From Bacteroidota bacterium (lineage in GTDB: Bacteria > Bacteroidota > Bacteroidia > NS11-12g > UBA955), in contig VGFS01000004.1 in assembly GCA_016868785.1 (NCBI GenBank), forward strand, positions 4,050 to 68,049: a DNA stretch of 64,000 bases. The letters are read 5' to 3'. How positions within the stretch are numbered: position 1 is the stretch's first letter; each line of letters starts with the position of its first letter. The notes below the pieces were generated by a model. That model saw only the letters and a program-made list of their open reading frames with translations, did not search any database and was not told the origin of the DNA. Below are positions 27,497-37,293 of this stretch, one piece after another. Made by a program: the position numbers and the translations under genes.

Positions 27497-28897
27497 ATGG
27501 CTAGAAAAGTAAAAGAGTTTCGATTGTTCGAGAAACTGACCATTGAAGCGGCTGCGGCCGAGGGTCATTGTATTGCCCGTCACGACGGACAGGTAATTTT
27601 TGTGAAATATGCTGCACCGGGCGATGTGGTGGATGTGCAGATCGTGAAGAAGAAAAAGAACTTCATGGAAGGCAAGATCATCCGGTTTCATGAAAAATCG
27701 ATGTTGCGTGTGAATCCTACGTGTCAGTATTTTGGCACATGTGGTGGCTGTAAGTGGCAGCATTTGGGATATGCGGATCAGTTGGCATTCAAGCAGCAGC
27801 AGGTGGTGGATGCGATGGAGCGGATTGGCAAGGTGGAAGGGTTTGAAGTGATGCCTATTTTGGGTAGTGGACAGGTTTATGGGTACCGCAACAAGCTGGA
27901 ATTGACGTTTGCGGACCGCAGTTGGGTGACGGTGATGCCTGCCGAAGGTGAGCCTTTTCCAACGGCGTTGGGGTTTCATATGCCGGGAAAATTCGACAAG
28001 GTGTTGGATATTGAGGCCTGTCATTTGATGCCCGATTACGTGAATTTGATTCAGCGCGGGGTGAAGGGCTATTGCGAGGCGAAGGGGATTGAATTTGTCA
28101 ATGTGATTAAGCAGGAAGGACAGATGCGCAACATCATGTTCCGGTGCAATCGCGATGGTGAGTGGATGGTTTTGGTATCGTTTCACGAGGAGCGTGAAGA
28201 GAATGCCGGGCTGATGCAGTACATCGCTGATACATTTGATAAAATTGTGTGTTTGGTATATGTGATCAATCCCAAGCGGAACGATACGTTGCAGGATTTG
28301 GAGGTACAGTTGTTTGCGGGCAAGCCCTATTTAACGGAGCGATTGGGCAACATGACGTATAAAGTGAGGCCGCAGAGCTTCTTTCAGACAAATACGTTGC
28401 AGGCCGAAAATTTGTATAAAATCACCAAGGATTTTGCTGGGTTAACGGGCGGTGAGTTGGTGTATGATTTGTATACGGGAACGGGCAGTATTGCTTTGTT
28501 TGTGGCGGATCAGGCGAGGGAAGTTGTGGGGATAGAATACGTGGAGGAGGCCATCATGGATGCCAAAGAGAACATGTTGTTAAACGGGGTGGAGAACTGC
28601 AAATTTTACGCAGGCGATATGAAGGATATTCTCACGGCGGAGTTCATTGCGGAGCACGGCAGACCCGATGTGGTAATCACAGATCCACCGCGCGATGGCA
28701 TGCATCCGAGTGTGGTTGAGCGGTTGTTGGAGGCCAGACCCAAGCGCATTGTTTACGTGAGTTGCAATCCAGCGACTCAGGCGAGGGATGCCGCGTTGTT
28801 GGATGTGGCGTATCGCTTGGTGAAGGTTCAGCCCGTGGACATGTTCCCACACACCCATCACGTGGAGAATGTGGGTTTATGGGAGTTGCGGGGTTAA
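27497..28897 (+). CDS. rlmD: 23S rRNA m5U1939 methyltransferase
   Basis: TRAM domain, Fe-S motif CQYFGTCGGC, and motifs DLYTGTG, DPPRDG, YVSCNPATQARD and DMFPHT. Confidence 0.96.
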   Translation: MARKVKEFRLFEKLTIEAAAAEGHCIARHDGQVIFVKYAAPGDVVDVQIVKKKKNFMEGKIIRFHEKSMLRVNPTCQYFGTCGGCKWQHLGYADQLAFKQQQVVDAMERIGKVEGFEVMPILGSGQVYGYRNKLELTFADRSWVTVMPAEGEPFPTALGFHMPGKFDKVLDIEACHLMPDYVNLIQRGVKGYCEAKGIEFVNVIKQEGQMRNIMFRCNRDGEWMVLVSFHEEREENAGLMQYIADTFDKIVCLVYVINPKRNDTLQDLEVQLFAGKPYLTERLGNMTYKVRPQSFFQTNTLQAENLYKITKDFAGLTGGELVYDLYTGTGSIALFVADQAREVVGIEYVEEAIMDAKENMLLNGVENCKFYAGDMKDILTAEFIAEHGRPDVVITDPPRDGMHPSVVERLLEARPKRIVYVSCNPATQARDAALLDVAYRLVKVQPVDMFPHTHHVENVGLWELRG

Positions 28898-30324
28898 AAC
28901 AAATCGATGAATTGAAAGCCGTTTTTCAGTCTTTCTTTGCCCAATTTTTGATATTCTACCAGTGCCCAAAGGACCAATTCTTTGAGGAAGAGTTTATCGT
29001 TTTGGGGAAAATCGGGCTGATACCGGTTTAATAAAAACTCTAATGGCTCGATGGCATTGAGGGTTTCAGCGTATTCCTTGGTATCCGATTCATCGTAAAG
29101 TACAACGCCTCCTTCGGCAAAAATGGTTTCCATGATGCTGGTATAAGGGCCGATTTCGGATTGTTTGGATAGCTTTTCGATTTTGGGGAATCGGGCGGAA
29201 AACACGGCTTTGATGGCGGCGCCGATGAGTTCTTCGGCCACGAAGGCAGCCCCTTCTTGTTCACCTTCGTAGACCAATTCCACTTTGCCGGTGATGGCCG
29301 GAATTGTGCCCATGAAATCGGATATACGGAGGGTGGTTTTCGTCTCTTTGTTGATCAGGGCACGGCGTTCAGCGGTGCTGATGAGGTTCTCCAACATAGA
29401 AATGCTCATGCGGGCACTGACGCCACTTTTTTGGTCTATATAGTCGCTTTTGCGTGCTTCAAAAACAATTTGCTCAATCACATCATAGGCCAAATCGGGC
29501 ACATATACCCGGCTCGACTGTGCCGCGTTGATACGTGCTTCTTGGGCGGATATTTTTCGGGCGACGGCGATGGTTTCTGGGTAATGGGTTAATATTTGAG
29601 ACCCGATGCGGTCTTTCAGTGGGGTTACGATGCTGCCGCGGTTGGTGTAATCTTCCGGATTGGCCGTGAACACAAATTGAACATCTAGGGGCAATCGAAT
29701 TTTGAAGCCCCTAATTTGCACATCGCCTTCTTGAAGGATGTTGAACAAGGCCACTTGGTTGCGCGCCTGTAAATCGGGGATTTCGTTGATCACAAAAATA
29801 CAGCGATTGGCCCGGGGAATCATCCCAAAGTGGATCACGCGGTCATCAGCATAAGAGAGTTTGAGGTGGGCGGCTTTGATGGGGTCAATATCGCCAATGA
29901 GATCAGCGATGGTTACATCTGGGGTGGCCAATTTTTCCGAAAATCTGTCTGAGCGGTGCAGCCAAGTGATGGGTGTATCGTCGCCTTTTTCGGCAATTAA
30001 ATCAATGGCATAGCGCGACAATGGGGCGAGGGGGTCGTCGTTGATTTCGGAACCGGCAACCACGGGAATATATTCATCCAGTAGTTGAACCATCATTCGC
30101 GCGAGGCGGGTTTTTGCCTGTCCCCTCAATCCAAGCAAATTGATGTTGTGGCGTGAGAGGATGGCTCTTTCCAGTTCTGGAATCACAGAATTTTCAAAGC
30201 CATGAACGCCTTCAAATACGGTGGTTCCGGCCTCTAGGTTTTTGATAAGGTTGTTGCGAAGTTCATCTTTGATAGACTGACTTTGGTATCCTGAGGATTT
30301 GAGTTCACCTAAATTTGTTATCAT
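28894..30324 (-). CDS. Mg-chelatase/MoxR-like AAA+ ATPase
   Basis: Walker A variant GLRGQAKT, FVINEIPDL, FTANPEDY and LKDRIGSQI. Confidence 0.88.
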   Translation of the reverse strand: MITNLGELKSSGYQSQSIKDELRNNLIKNLEAGTTVFEGVHGFENSVIPELERAILSRHNINLLGLRGQAKTRLARMMVQLLDEYIPVVAGSEINDDPLAPLSRYAIDLIAEKGDDTPITWLHRSDRFSEKLATPDVTIADLIGDIDPIKAAHLKLSYADDRVIHFGMIPRANRCIFVINEIPDLQARNQVALFNILQEGDVQIRGFKIRLPLDVQFVFTANPEDYTNRGSIVTPLKDRIGSQILTHYPETIAVARKISAQEARINAAQSSRVYVPDLAYDVIEQIVFEARKSDYIDQKSGVSARMSISMLENLISTAERRALINKETKTTLRISDFMGTIPAITGKVELVYEGEQEGAAFVAEELIGAAIKAVFSARFPKIEKLSKQSEIGPYTSIMETIFAEGGVVLYDESDTKEYAETLNAIEPLEFLLNRYQPDFPQNDKLFLKELVLWALVEYQKLGKERLKNGFQFIDLF

Positions 30325-30325
30325 G

Positions 30326-31447
30326 TTATTTCAGTCTTTTTTTCCTGTTTGATTCGTAATCTTGAAAGATCATTTCACCCAAACCTTTTAAACCGGTATA
30401 GAAAGCCTTGCCCTGGTTGGCCTCGGTAAAGGTGTCTACGAACTGTTGTAGGTAGGGGTCTCTGGCTATCATAAACGTGGTGATGGGAATGTGAAGTTTT
30501 CGGGCTTGGGCGGCTTGGGTGTAGCACTTTTCGGTGATGTAGGCATCCAAACCATTGCTGTTTTTGTAATAAGTACCATCTTTTTCACGAACGCAGCTGG
30601 GTTTGCCGTCTGTGATCATGAAGATTTGCTTGTTGGTGTTTCGTTTTCTCCGCAAGATGTCCATGGCCAATTGCAATCCAGCCACGGTGTTTGTATGGAA
30701 GGGTCCCACGGTTAAATAGGGAATGTCTTTGATGGGGATTCGCCAGGCATCGTTGCCAAAAACGAGAATATCGATGGTGTCTTTGGGGTATCGCGTGGTG
30801 ATGAGTTCTGTAAGAGCCATGGCCACTTTTTTGGCGGGGGTTATACGGTCTTCGCCATACAAAATCATGGAGTGGCTGATGTCGATCATCAAAACCGTAC
30901 TCATTTGGGATTTGTATTGGGTGTCCTCAACCACCAGGTCTTCTTCAGTGAGTTGAAATGTTTGTGCGCCATTGTTGATTTGCGCATTTTTTAAGCTTTC
31001 GGTGAGGGATATTTTTTCAATACCATCGCCAAATTGATAGGGTCGGAATTCACCCGTAAGCTCATCGCCCTGTCCGGTAGCTTTGCTTTTGTGATTGCCG
31101 CTTCCATTTTTGCATATATCCCCAAATATTTCATCCAGGGCCGACTGTCTAATAGCCCTTTCTATTTTTGCGGTTAGGGCGATTCCGCTATCGCCGTTGG
31201 GGTCAATGTCGTCTTTGATATACCCTTTTGCTTTTAGGTCTTCAATGAAATCGTCAATGGTGTAGTTTTCATCGGTGAGCACATATTCTTTGTCTAGCTC
31301 GCGCAACCAGTCAATGGCTTCATCGAAGTCGCCAGCAGTATGCACAATGAGCTCCTTGAAAATATCGAATAGTTTGTCAAAAGGAGAAATGGGTTTGGGT
31401 TCAAATTCTTTGAAATAAAAACCGCTTTTTCCTGATGAAGTTATCAC
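30326..31447 (-). CDS. von Willebrand factor A domain protein, partner of the AAA+ ATPase
   Basis: MIDAS DISHS, HTNT and MITDG. Confidence 0.88.
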   Translation of the reverse strand: MITSSGKSGFYFKEFEPKPISPFDKLFDIFKELIVHTAGDFDEAIDWLRELDKEYVLTDENYTIDDFIEDLKAKGYIKDDIDPNGDSGIALTAKIERAIRQSALDEIFGDICKNGSGNHKSKATGQGDELTGEFRPYQFGDGIEKISLTESLKNAQINNGAQTFQLTEEDLVVEDTQYKSQMSTVLMIDISHSMILYGEDRITPAKKVAMALTELITTRYPKDTIDILVFGNDAWRIPIKDIPYLTVGPFHTNTVAGLQLAMDILRRKRNTNKQIFMITDGKPSCVREKDGTYYKNSNGLDAYITEKCYTQAAQARKLHIPITTFMIARDPYLQQFVDTFTEANQGKAFYTGLKGLGEMIFQDYESNRKKRLK

Positions 31448-31602
31448 AAAATACTAAACGATGAAAGTTGCACAATTGTTCATGAGGTTATTGAAAAACC
31501 CAAGGTTTATCGCTTCAAATAAATATTCTTAGATAGTTGAGGGCGATGACCGTCGTTGTAGTTGAAGACGATGAATCGGATCCTTAATGGATCATACGAT
31601 AA

Positions 31603-34326
31603 TTATGCAAAACACGCCGCAACAATCTCGGCTTGTTCTTTGTCGTAGATTTTCTTGTAGCCCGTGGCGGGTGATGCACTGCTCTTTCTGCCGATGTATC
31701 GCAAAGCCGATGGGAAATCGTAGCGAGCCAAATGCAACCAAGTGCCCTGGTTTTTGGGTTCCTCTTGTGCCCAGCAGAATTCGGCGCCTTTGTACTGTTC
31801 GAAAATCTCAGCCAACTTCCACTCTGGCAATGGATACAACTGTTCGATGCGCACAATGGCCACATCGCTGTGGTTGCCCGCTTCCTTGCCAGCCAAAATA
31901 TCGTAGTAGATTTTACCGGTGCAGAAAACCACCCTGCGCACCTTTTTCGCTACTTGGTTGTCGTTGATGACCTCTTGGAATTCGCCTTCGCTGAGGTCTT
32001 TCATCGTGCTTACGCACTTGGGGTGACGCAATAAGCTCTTGGGACTCATGATTACCATCGGAACTTGGAAGTCACGCTTCAACTGGCGGCGCATCGCATG
32101 GAACAAACTACCCGGGGTTGAGCAGTTCAACACTTGCATGTTCGAACCGGCGCACAACTGCAGGTAGCGCTCCAAACGCGCACTGGAATGCTCAGGTCCT
32201 TGGCCTTCTTGTCCGTGTGGCAACAACATCACCAAGCCGCTAAATTTGCCCCATTTGGCTTCGGCGCTGGCGATGAATTGGTCGATGATGATCTGTGCAC
32301 CGTTCGAGAAATCGCCGAACTGAGCCTCCCAAATGGTTAGTCCGTTGGGGGTGCTGGTGCTATATCCGTATTCGTAACCCAATGCCGCGTATTCGCTCAA
32401 CAAAGAGTTGAAAATGCTCAATTTGGCCTGACTCTCTGTGAGGTTGTTCAACGGCGCATACTCTTGCTCGCTGTCTTCCTTTTTGATGACCGCATGTCGG
32501 TGCGAGAAAGTTCCACGCTCCACATCTTGACCCACGATTCTCACTGGGTGACCTTCGGCCAACAGGGTGGCATAGGCCAACAATTCGCCCATGGCCCAAT
32601 CGAAGGTGCCGTTATCAACCATTTTTGCGCGATCGGCGAACAGGTTTTGTACTTTTTTGATGGGCAAGTTGTCTTCAGGGATGAAGGCCAATTTTTTGCC
32701 CAATGTTTGCAGGGTTTTTACATCAACGCCTGTTTTTACCGGGTTTTGGAAATCTTTGGGTTTGGCGTGGTGGAACCCTTTCCAGGTATTTTTTACATCG
32801 GACGTTTTGGGTTTGAAATCGCCTTTGGCTTCTTCAAATTTGGCTTGCAGTTGGGCGCGGAAATCGGCTTCCATCTCTTGGGCCAAAGCCGCATCGATAT
32901 CGCCGCGTTCCATGAGTTTTTGCTTGTAAATCTCTCTGGGGTTGGGGTGTTTATCGATCAGTTTGTACATCGCCGGCTGTGTAAAACGGGGCTCATCGCC
33001 TTCGTTATGTCCGTATTTGCGGTATCCCAACAGATCAATGAAAATGTCTTGGTTGAACTCGAGGCGATAGGCCATGGCCAATTTCACAGCATGCACAACG
33101 GCTTCTACATCGTCGGCATTCACGTGCAACACGGGACAAAGGGTTACTTTGGCCACATCGGTGCAATAGGTAGAGGTTCTGGCGTCGAGGTAGTTGGTGG
33201 TAAAACCGATTTGGTTGTTGGTAACCACGTGGATGGTTCCTCCCACGTAGTAGCCTTCCAAACCACTCATCTGCACCACTTCATACATGATGCCTTGACC
33301 TGCGATTGCGGCATCGCCATGGATCAAAATCGGACAGATTTTGGTGACATCGCCTTGGTATTTGGTGTCGAGTTTGGCGCGAACGAGTCCTTTCACCACG
33401 GGATTAACCGCTTCCAAGTGTGAGGGGTTGTCGGCCAAGCGCAAGTGTACTTTTTTGCCACTGGCGGTATCGATATCGGTGCTGTAACCGAGGTGGTATT
33501 TTACATCTCCTTCAAAATCTTCGAACCCTTCTTCGGTTTCGTTTTGGAAGACTTTGCCTTCGAATTCGCCGAAAATTTGGCTGTAGGTTTTGTTAAAGAT
33601 GTTGGCCAATACGTTCAAGCGACCGCGGTGCGCCATGCCCATGACAAACTCTTCTACACCAAGACCGGCACCATACTGAACCACCGCATCGAGGGCGGGT
33701 ACCAAACACTCCAATCCTTCCAAGGAGAAGCGTTTTTGGCCGATGTATTTGGTGTGCAAGAAGTTTTCAAACACGGTGGCTTGGTTCAACTTCTTGAGGA
33801 AGTGACGTTTTTCGTCGGTGTTGAGGTTGGGAACGTTTTTGGTCTGTTCAAAGCGATTTTGCAACCACTCGCGGCGTTTGGGGTCGCGGATATAGCTAAA
33901 CTCGCAGCCGATGCTTTGGCAGTAGGTTTCTTCGAGTAGGGCGATGATGTCTTTGAGTTTGGCAGGACCCATGCCCACTTCGTGGCCGGCGTTGAAGGTC
34001 TTTTCCAAATCGGCGGTTTCGAGGCCAAAATTTTGGATATCGAGCGTGGGGGTATACTGCCGGCGCTGACGCAAGGGGTTGGTTTTAGAGAAGAGGTGTC
34101 CACGCTGTCTGTACCCTTGGATGAGGTTCATGACGTGGATTTCTTTGAGTGCATCTTCGCTGATGGCGTCGCCGGATTCAAATTTCTGGGTGCCCAAATC
34201 GAAGCCTTCGAAGAACTTTCTCCAGCCAAAATCCACGCTTTCGGCATTGGCTTGGTATTGTTGGTAGAGGTTGTCGATGGCTACAGGATCGGCATTGGAC
34301 AGGAAAGAAGTATCAGGAGCGCTCAT
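31603..34326 (-). CDS. sucA: 2-oxoglutarate dehydrogenase E1
   Basis: Motifs GQKRFSLEG, GMAHRGRLNVL, IHGDAA and WEAQFGDF; ATG 34326. Confidence 0.98.
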   Translation of the reverse strand: MSAPDTSFLSNADPVAIDNLYQQYQANAESVDFGWRKFFEGFDLGTQKFESGDAISEDALKEIHVMNLIQGYRQRGHLFSKTNPLRQRRQYTPTLDIQNFGLETADLEKTFNAGHEVGMGPAKLKDIIALLEETYCQSIGCEFSYIRDPKRREWLQNRFEQTKNVPNLNTDEKRHFLKKLNQATVFENFLHTKYIGQKRFSLEGLECLVPALDAVVQYGAGLGVEEFVMGMAHRGRLNVLANIFNKTYSQIFGEFEGKVFQNETEEGFEDFEGDVKYHLGYSTDIDTASGKKVHLRLADNPSHLEAVNPVVKGLVRAKLDTKYQGDVTKICPILIHGDAAIAGQGIMYEVVQMSGLEGYYVGGTIHVVTNNQIGFTTNYLDARTSTYCTDVAKVTLCPVLHVNADDVEAVVHAVKLAMAYRLEFNQDIFIDLLGYRKYGHNEGDEPRFTQPAMYKLIDKHPNPREIYKQKLMERGDIDAALAQEMEADFRAQLQAKFEEAKGDFKPKTSDVKNTWKGFHHAKPKDFQNPVKTGVDVKTLQTLGKKLAFIPEDNLPIKKVQNLFADRAKMVDNGTFDWAMGELLAYATLLAEGHPVRIVGQDVERGTFSHRHAVIKKEDSEQEYAPLNNLTESQAKLSIFNSLLSEYAALGYEYGYSTSTPNGLTIWEAQFGDFSNGAQIIIDQFIASAEAKWGKFSGLVMLLPHGQEGQGPEHSSARLERYLQLCAGSNMQVLNCSTPGSLFHAMRRQLKRDFQVPMVIMSPKSLLRHPKCVSTMKDLSEGEFQEVINDNQVAKKVRRVVFCTGKIYYDILAGKEAGNHSDVAIVRIEQLYPLPEWKLAEIFEQYKGAEFCWAQEEPKNQGTWLHLARYDFPSALRYIGRKSSASPATGYKKIYDKEQAEIVAACFA

Positions 34327-34335
34327 AATCGAACG

Positions 34336-34343
34336 CAAATTTA
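34336..34343 (-). promoter_or_regulatory. -7 element (TAAATTTG) for sucA
   Basis: Exact match 9 nt upstream of the ATG. Confidence 0.65.
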
Positions 34344-34383
34344 CCCAAAATGGGTGAGGTATAAAAATCGCGCAGCGAAGTGT

Positions 34384-35334
34384 TTAAAAGGGGGTGGCGG
34401 TGCCGGTGGCAGTGGCCTGGGTCATCGGCCAAATTTGTGCCAACGCCCACATCAGGAGGCAGCCAAAAAGGAAGGCATCGAAGCGATCCAAAGCACCGCC
34501 GTGACCGGGTAGAAATTGGCCACTGTCTTTGATGCCTTTTTCGCGTTTGAGGGCGCTTTCGAACAGGTCTCCGGCGGTACCAAACACACTCATGAGTGCC
34601 CCAAGGATGGTGCCTTGCCAGAGGTTGGTGATGTCAAAGAAGGCGTAAAAACAATAGGCGCCAACGGCCGCGGTGAGCAGGGTGCCCCCGATGAACCCTT
34701 CCCAAGTTTTCTTGGGCGATAGTTCGGCGTGTAAGGGGGTTTTTCCGAAGGCCCTACCGGTGAGGTAGGCAAAGGTATCTGAGCTCCAAATGAGGACAAA
34801 GACCAGCAAAACGGGGCCCCGCAAGTAGTTGGGGGCGTTCCACATGGCAGGCCATTCGGGTCCGGGTTTGGGACTTATGAAGCCACCCGATGGCCAAGTC
34901 AGGTAATTGAAGGCATGGGCTGTGTGGGGTGCTCCGGAAGCCAAGTGTTGACTTTGGGCGAGCAACAAAAACAGGTAGATGGGCAAGGCGATATATAGGA
35001 TGCCGAGGCCCAGATTTTTGGCGTGGTTGAGGGCGGCGATGCCTTGGGTAAAGAGGCGATGCGTGATCCACAAAAGGGCAATGAGGGCAGCGATGCCAGC
35101 GGCTTGCAAAGGGGTGAGGTTGGTGACGAAGGGCGATAAAAACAGCCAAGTGTATAGGCCAAAGCCCCGGGCCGCACGTTTGCTTGCCTCGTGAATCCGG
35201 GCCCATTCGAAGGCGCAGAAAAATGCGATGACAAACATGAGTATCGACAAAGTAGCGGGTGAAAGCAGGATACAACCCACAACGGTTATCGCATAGAAAA
35301 ATCCGGAGATGGCGCGCAGGGTGAAATTGTTCAT
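34384..35334 (-). CDS. cdsA: Phosphatidate cytidylyltransferase
   Basis: Motifs WSSDTFAY, SPKKTWEG and GDLFESALKR...KDSG..LPGHGGALDRFD. Confidence 0.95.
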   Translation of the reverse strand: MNNFTLRAISGFFYAITVVGCILLSPATLSILMFVIAFFCAFEWARIHEASKRAARGFGLYTWLFLSPFVTNLTPLQAAGIAALIALLWITHRLFTQGIAALNHAKNLGLGILYIALPIYLFLLLAQSQHLASGAPHTAHAFNYLTWPSGGFISPKPGPEWPAMWNAPNYLRGPVLLVFVLIWSSDTFAYLTGRAFGKTPLHAELSPKKTWEGFIGGTLLTAAVGAYCFYAFFDITNLWQGTILGALMSVFGTAGDLFESALKREKGIKDSGQFLPGHGGALDRFDAFLFGCLLMWALAQIWPMTQATATGTATPF

Positions 35335-35338
35335 GGCG

Positions 35339-36244
35339 TTATTTTTTGAGGGTGAGGAAAAGTCCGGCTGATGTAATCGGAATGGCCAAAATGTTTACGG
35401 CGGGTTGGGCTAACCAAGCTTCGGCGTTGAAGAAAATACCTGTTTTTTGGAATTGCTGTAGTGCGAGGAAGTGCATGAGCACGGTGCTGCCGTTGAAAAT
35501 GAAGTGCGAGAGGGTAGAATACCAGAGCGAGCCGGTGGCGACATAGACCAGTCCGAAGAGCAAGCCCATGGCGAAAATGCCCATGAATTCGAAGGGCGAA
35601 AAGTGGATGGTAGCGAAAACGAAAGCTTGAAAGAGTACGGCGCTCCGTCGTTTTTGAAAACTTTGCGCGGCCAGGGTGGTGATGAGTCCGCGGAAGACAT
35701 ATTCCTCAAACAGGGCGGGCATGAGGGCCAGGATGAACAGGCAGACAAAGAGTTCTGGGAGGGTTTCCATGTCGAGCATCGCCTCAAAAATGGCTTGACG
35801 TTTGGTGTCGAGCAGCGCAAACGCCCGGGAAAAATCACCCAGCGGAAGGTGTTTGAAAAACGCAGTAGACAGGGCCACAAGCGGGATCATGCCGATGGCT
35901 AGGAGGGTGGAGCCCAGGAGTTTTTTAGGGCTCAACGATTGGGTATAGCCGCCAATTTCGTTGGGTTTGTATTGTGCGATGAGGGTAATGAGCAGGGCGG
36001 GTATGGCCATGAAGGCGGTGAATTGCAGTAAGTTGCCCCAGCGCAATACGTTGATGCCCAAGGCGGTACGCGAAGGGTGGTTGAGCAATTGCGAGGTTTG
36101 TTCGGCTGTTAACCCGTAGAGGACTTTGCCCATGAGTTGGGAGAGGCCTAAGCCCACCAAGCTAAAAACGATGATGGTGAAGAGCAGGGCGCCTACGCCC
36201 CACAGATTTCTAAGTGGATTGGTGGAAGGGGTTTGTGAAAGCAT
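35339..36244 (-). CDS. CPBP (Abi/CAAX) family intramembrane metalloprotease
   Basis: Motifs EEYVFRG, FATIHF and HFIFN; multiple TM segments; ATG 36244. Confidence 0.9.
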   Translation of the reverse strand: MLSQTPSTNPLRNLWGVGALLFTIIVFSLVGLGLSQLMGKVLYGLTAEQTSQLLNHPSRTALGINVLRWGNLLQFTAFMAIPALLITLIAQYKPNEIGGYTQSLSPKKLLGSTLLAIGMIPLVALSTAFFKHLPLGDFSRAFALLDTKRQAIFEAMLDMETLPELFVCLFILALMPALFEEYVFRGLITTLAAQSFQKRRSAVLFQAFVFATIHFSPFEFMGIFAMGLLFGLVYVATGSLWYSTLSHFIFNGSTVLMHFLALQQFQKTGIFFNAEAWLAQPAVNILAIPITSAGLFLTLKK

Positions 36245-36247
36245 CCG

Positions 36248-36266
36248 TAACTTTGCAGCAAAGTTG
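36248..36266. promoter_or_regulatory. Palindromic bidirectional promoter for the CPBP gene (-) and dusB (+)
   Basis: AACTTTGC-A-GCAAAGTT inverted repeat gives TAACTTTG on + and CAACTTTG on -, within a 19-bp gap between divergent starts. Confidence 0.6.
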
Positions 36267-37253
36267 GTAAAAATTGGCGACATAGCGTTGGGAGAATTTC
36301 CGTTGTTGTTGGCACCCATGGAAGACGTGAGTGATCCGCCGTTTCGGTATGTGTGCAAGCAGCATGGGGCCGATTTGATGTACACCGAGTTTATCAGTAG
36401 TGAGGGGTTGATTCGCGATGCGGTTAAGAGTCTACAAAAGCTGGATATTTTCGATTATGAACGTCCGATAGGCATCCAAATTTTCGGGGGCGACGAGGAG
36501 GCCATGGGTTTGGCGGCCAAGATTGTGGATGCTACGCAGCCGGATTTGTTGGACATCAATTTTGGTTGTCCGGTGCAGAAGGTGGTTTGCAAGGGCGCGG
36601 GTGCGGGGGTGTTGAAGGACATTGATTTGATGGTTCGATTGACATCGGCCGTGGTGAAAAGCACCTCTTTGCCGGTAACGGTAAAAACACGGTTGGGTTG
36701 GGATGATAGCACGAAGAACATCGAAGAGGTGGCGGAGCGATTGCAGGATGTGGGGATTAAGGCTTTAACCATTCATGGCAGAACGCGGGTGCAGTTGTAC
36801 AAGGGCGAGGCGGACTGGACGTTGATTTCGAAGGTGAAGAATAATTCCAGGATACAGATTCCCATTTTTGGGAACGGCGATATCGATACGCCACAGAAGG
36901 CATTGGAATACAGAAATCGCTATGGGGTGGATGGGATCATGATAGGCAGGGCGAGCATCGGATATCCTTGGATTTTCAGGGAGGTGAAGCATTTCATGGC
37001 CAAGGGTGAGGTGTTGGAAGGGCCCACTTTGGAAGAGCGCTTGGATGCTTGTAGAACCCATTTTGAGAAGAGTGTGGAATGGAAGGGTCCCAAGGTTGGT
37101 GTATTTGAAATGCGTAGGCATTATGCGAACTATTTCAAGGGGTTGCCGAATTTCAAGGATTTTCGGGTGAAGTTGGTGGGGTGCGAGGTTCCGGACGAGA
37201 TTCGGGCCACATTGGATCGCATTTTGGTGGAGTACGAAGGGTTGGTGCATTGA
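36264..37253 (+). CDS. dusB: tRNA dihydrouridine synthase
   Basis: TTG start giving MVKIGDI; motifs LAPMEDVSD, DINFGCP, VKTRLG, IHGRT and MIGRA. Confidence 0.93.
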   Translation: MVKIGDIALGEFPLLLAPMEDVSDPPFRYVCKQHGADLMYTEFISSEGLIRDAVKSLQKLDIFDYERPIGIQIFGGDEEAMGLAAKIVDATQPDLLDINFGCPVQKVVCKGAGAGVLKDIDLMVRLTSAVVKSTSLPVTVKTRLGWDDSTKNIEEVAERLQDVGIKALTIHGRTRVQLYKGEADWTLISKVKNNSRIQIPIFGNGDIDTPQKALEYRNRYGVDGIMIGRASIGYPWIFREVKHFMAKGEVLEGPTLEERLDACRTHFEKSVEWKGPKVGVFEMRRHYANYFKGLPNFKDFRVKLVGCEVPDEIRATLDRILVEYEGLVH

Positions 37254-37263
37254 GAGTTTTCCT

Positions 37264-37271
37264 TACATTTG
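37264..37271 (+). promoter_or_regulatory. -7 element (TACATTTG)
   Basis: Exact match upstream of the ATG at 37294. Confidence 0.6.
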
Positions 37272-37293
37272 CTATGAATAGAATCAATAAATT

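Noticed and set aside
27038-28186. Long antisense ORFs (this one, 12880-13809, 32464-33423, 1662-2552 and others)
   Set aside because: They lie fully opposite well-supported genes, show no recognisable motifs, and are expected from codon bias
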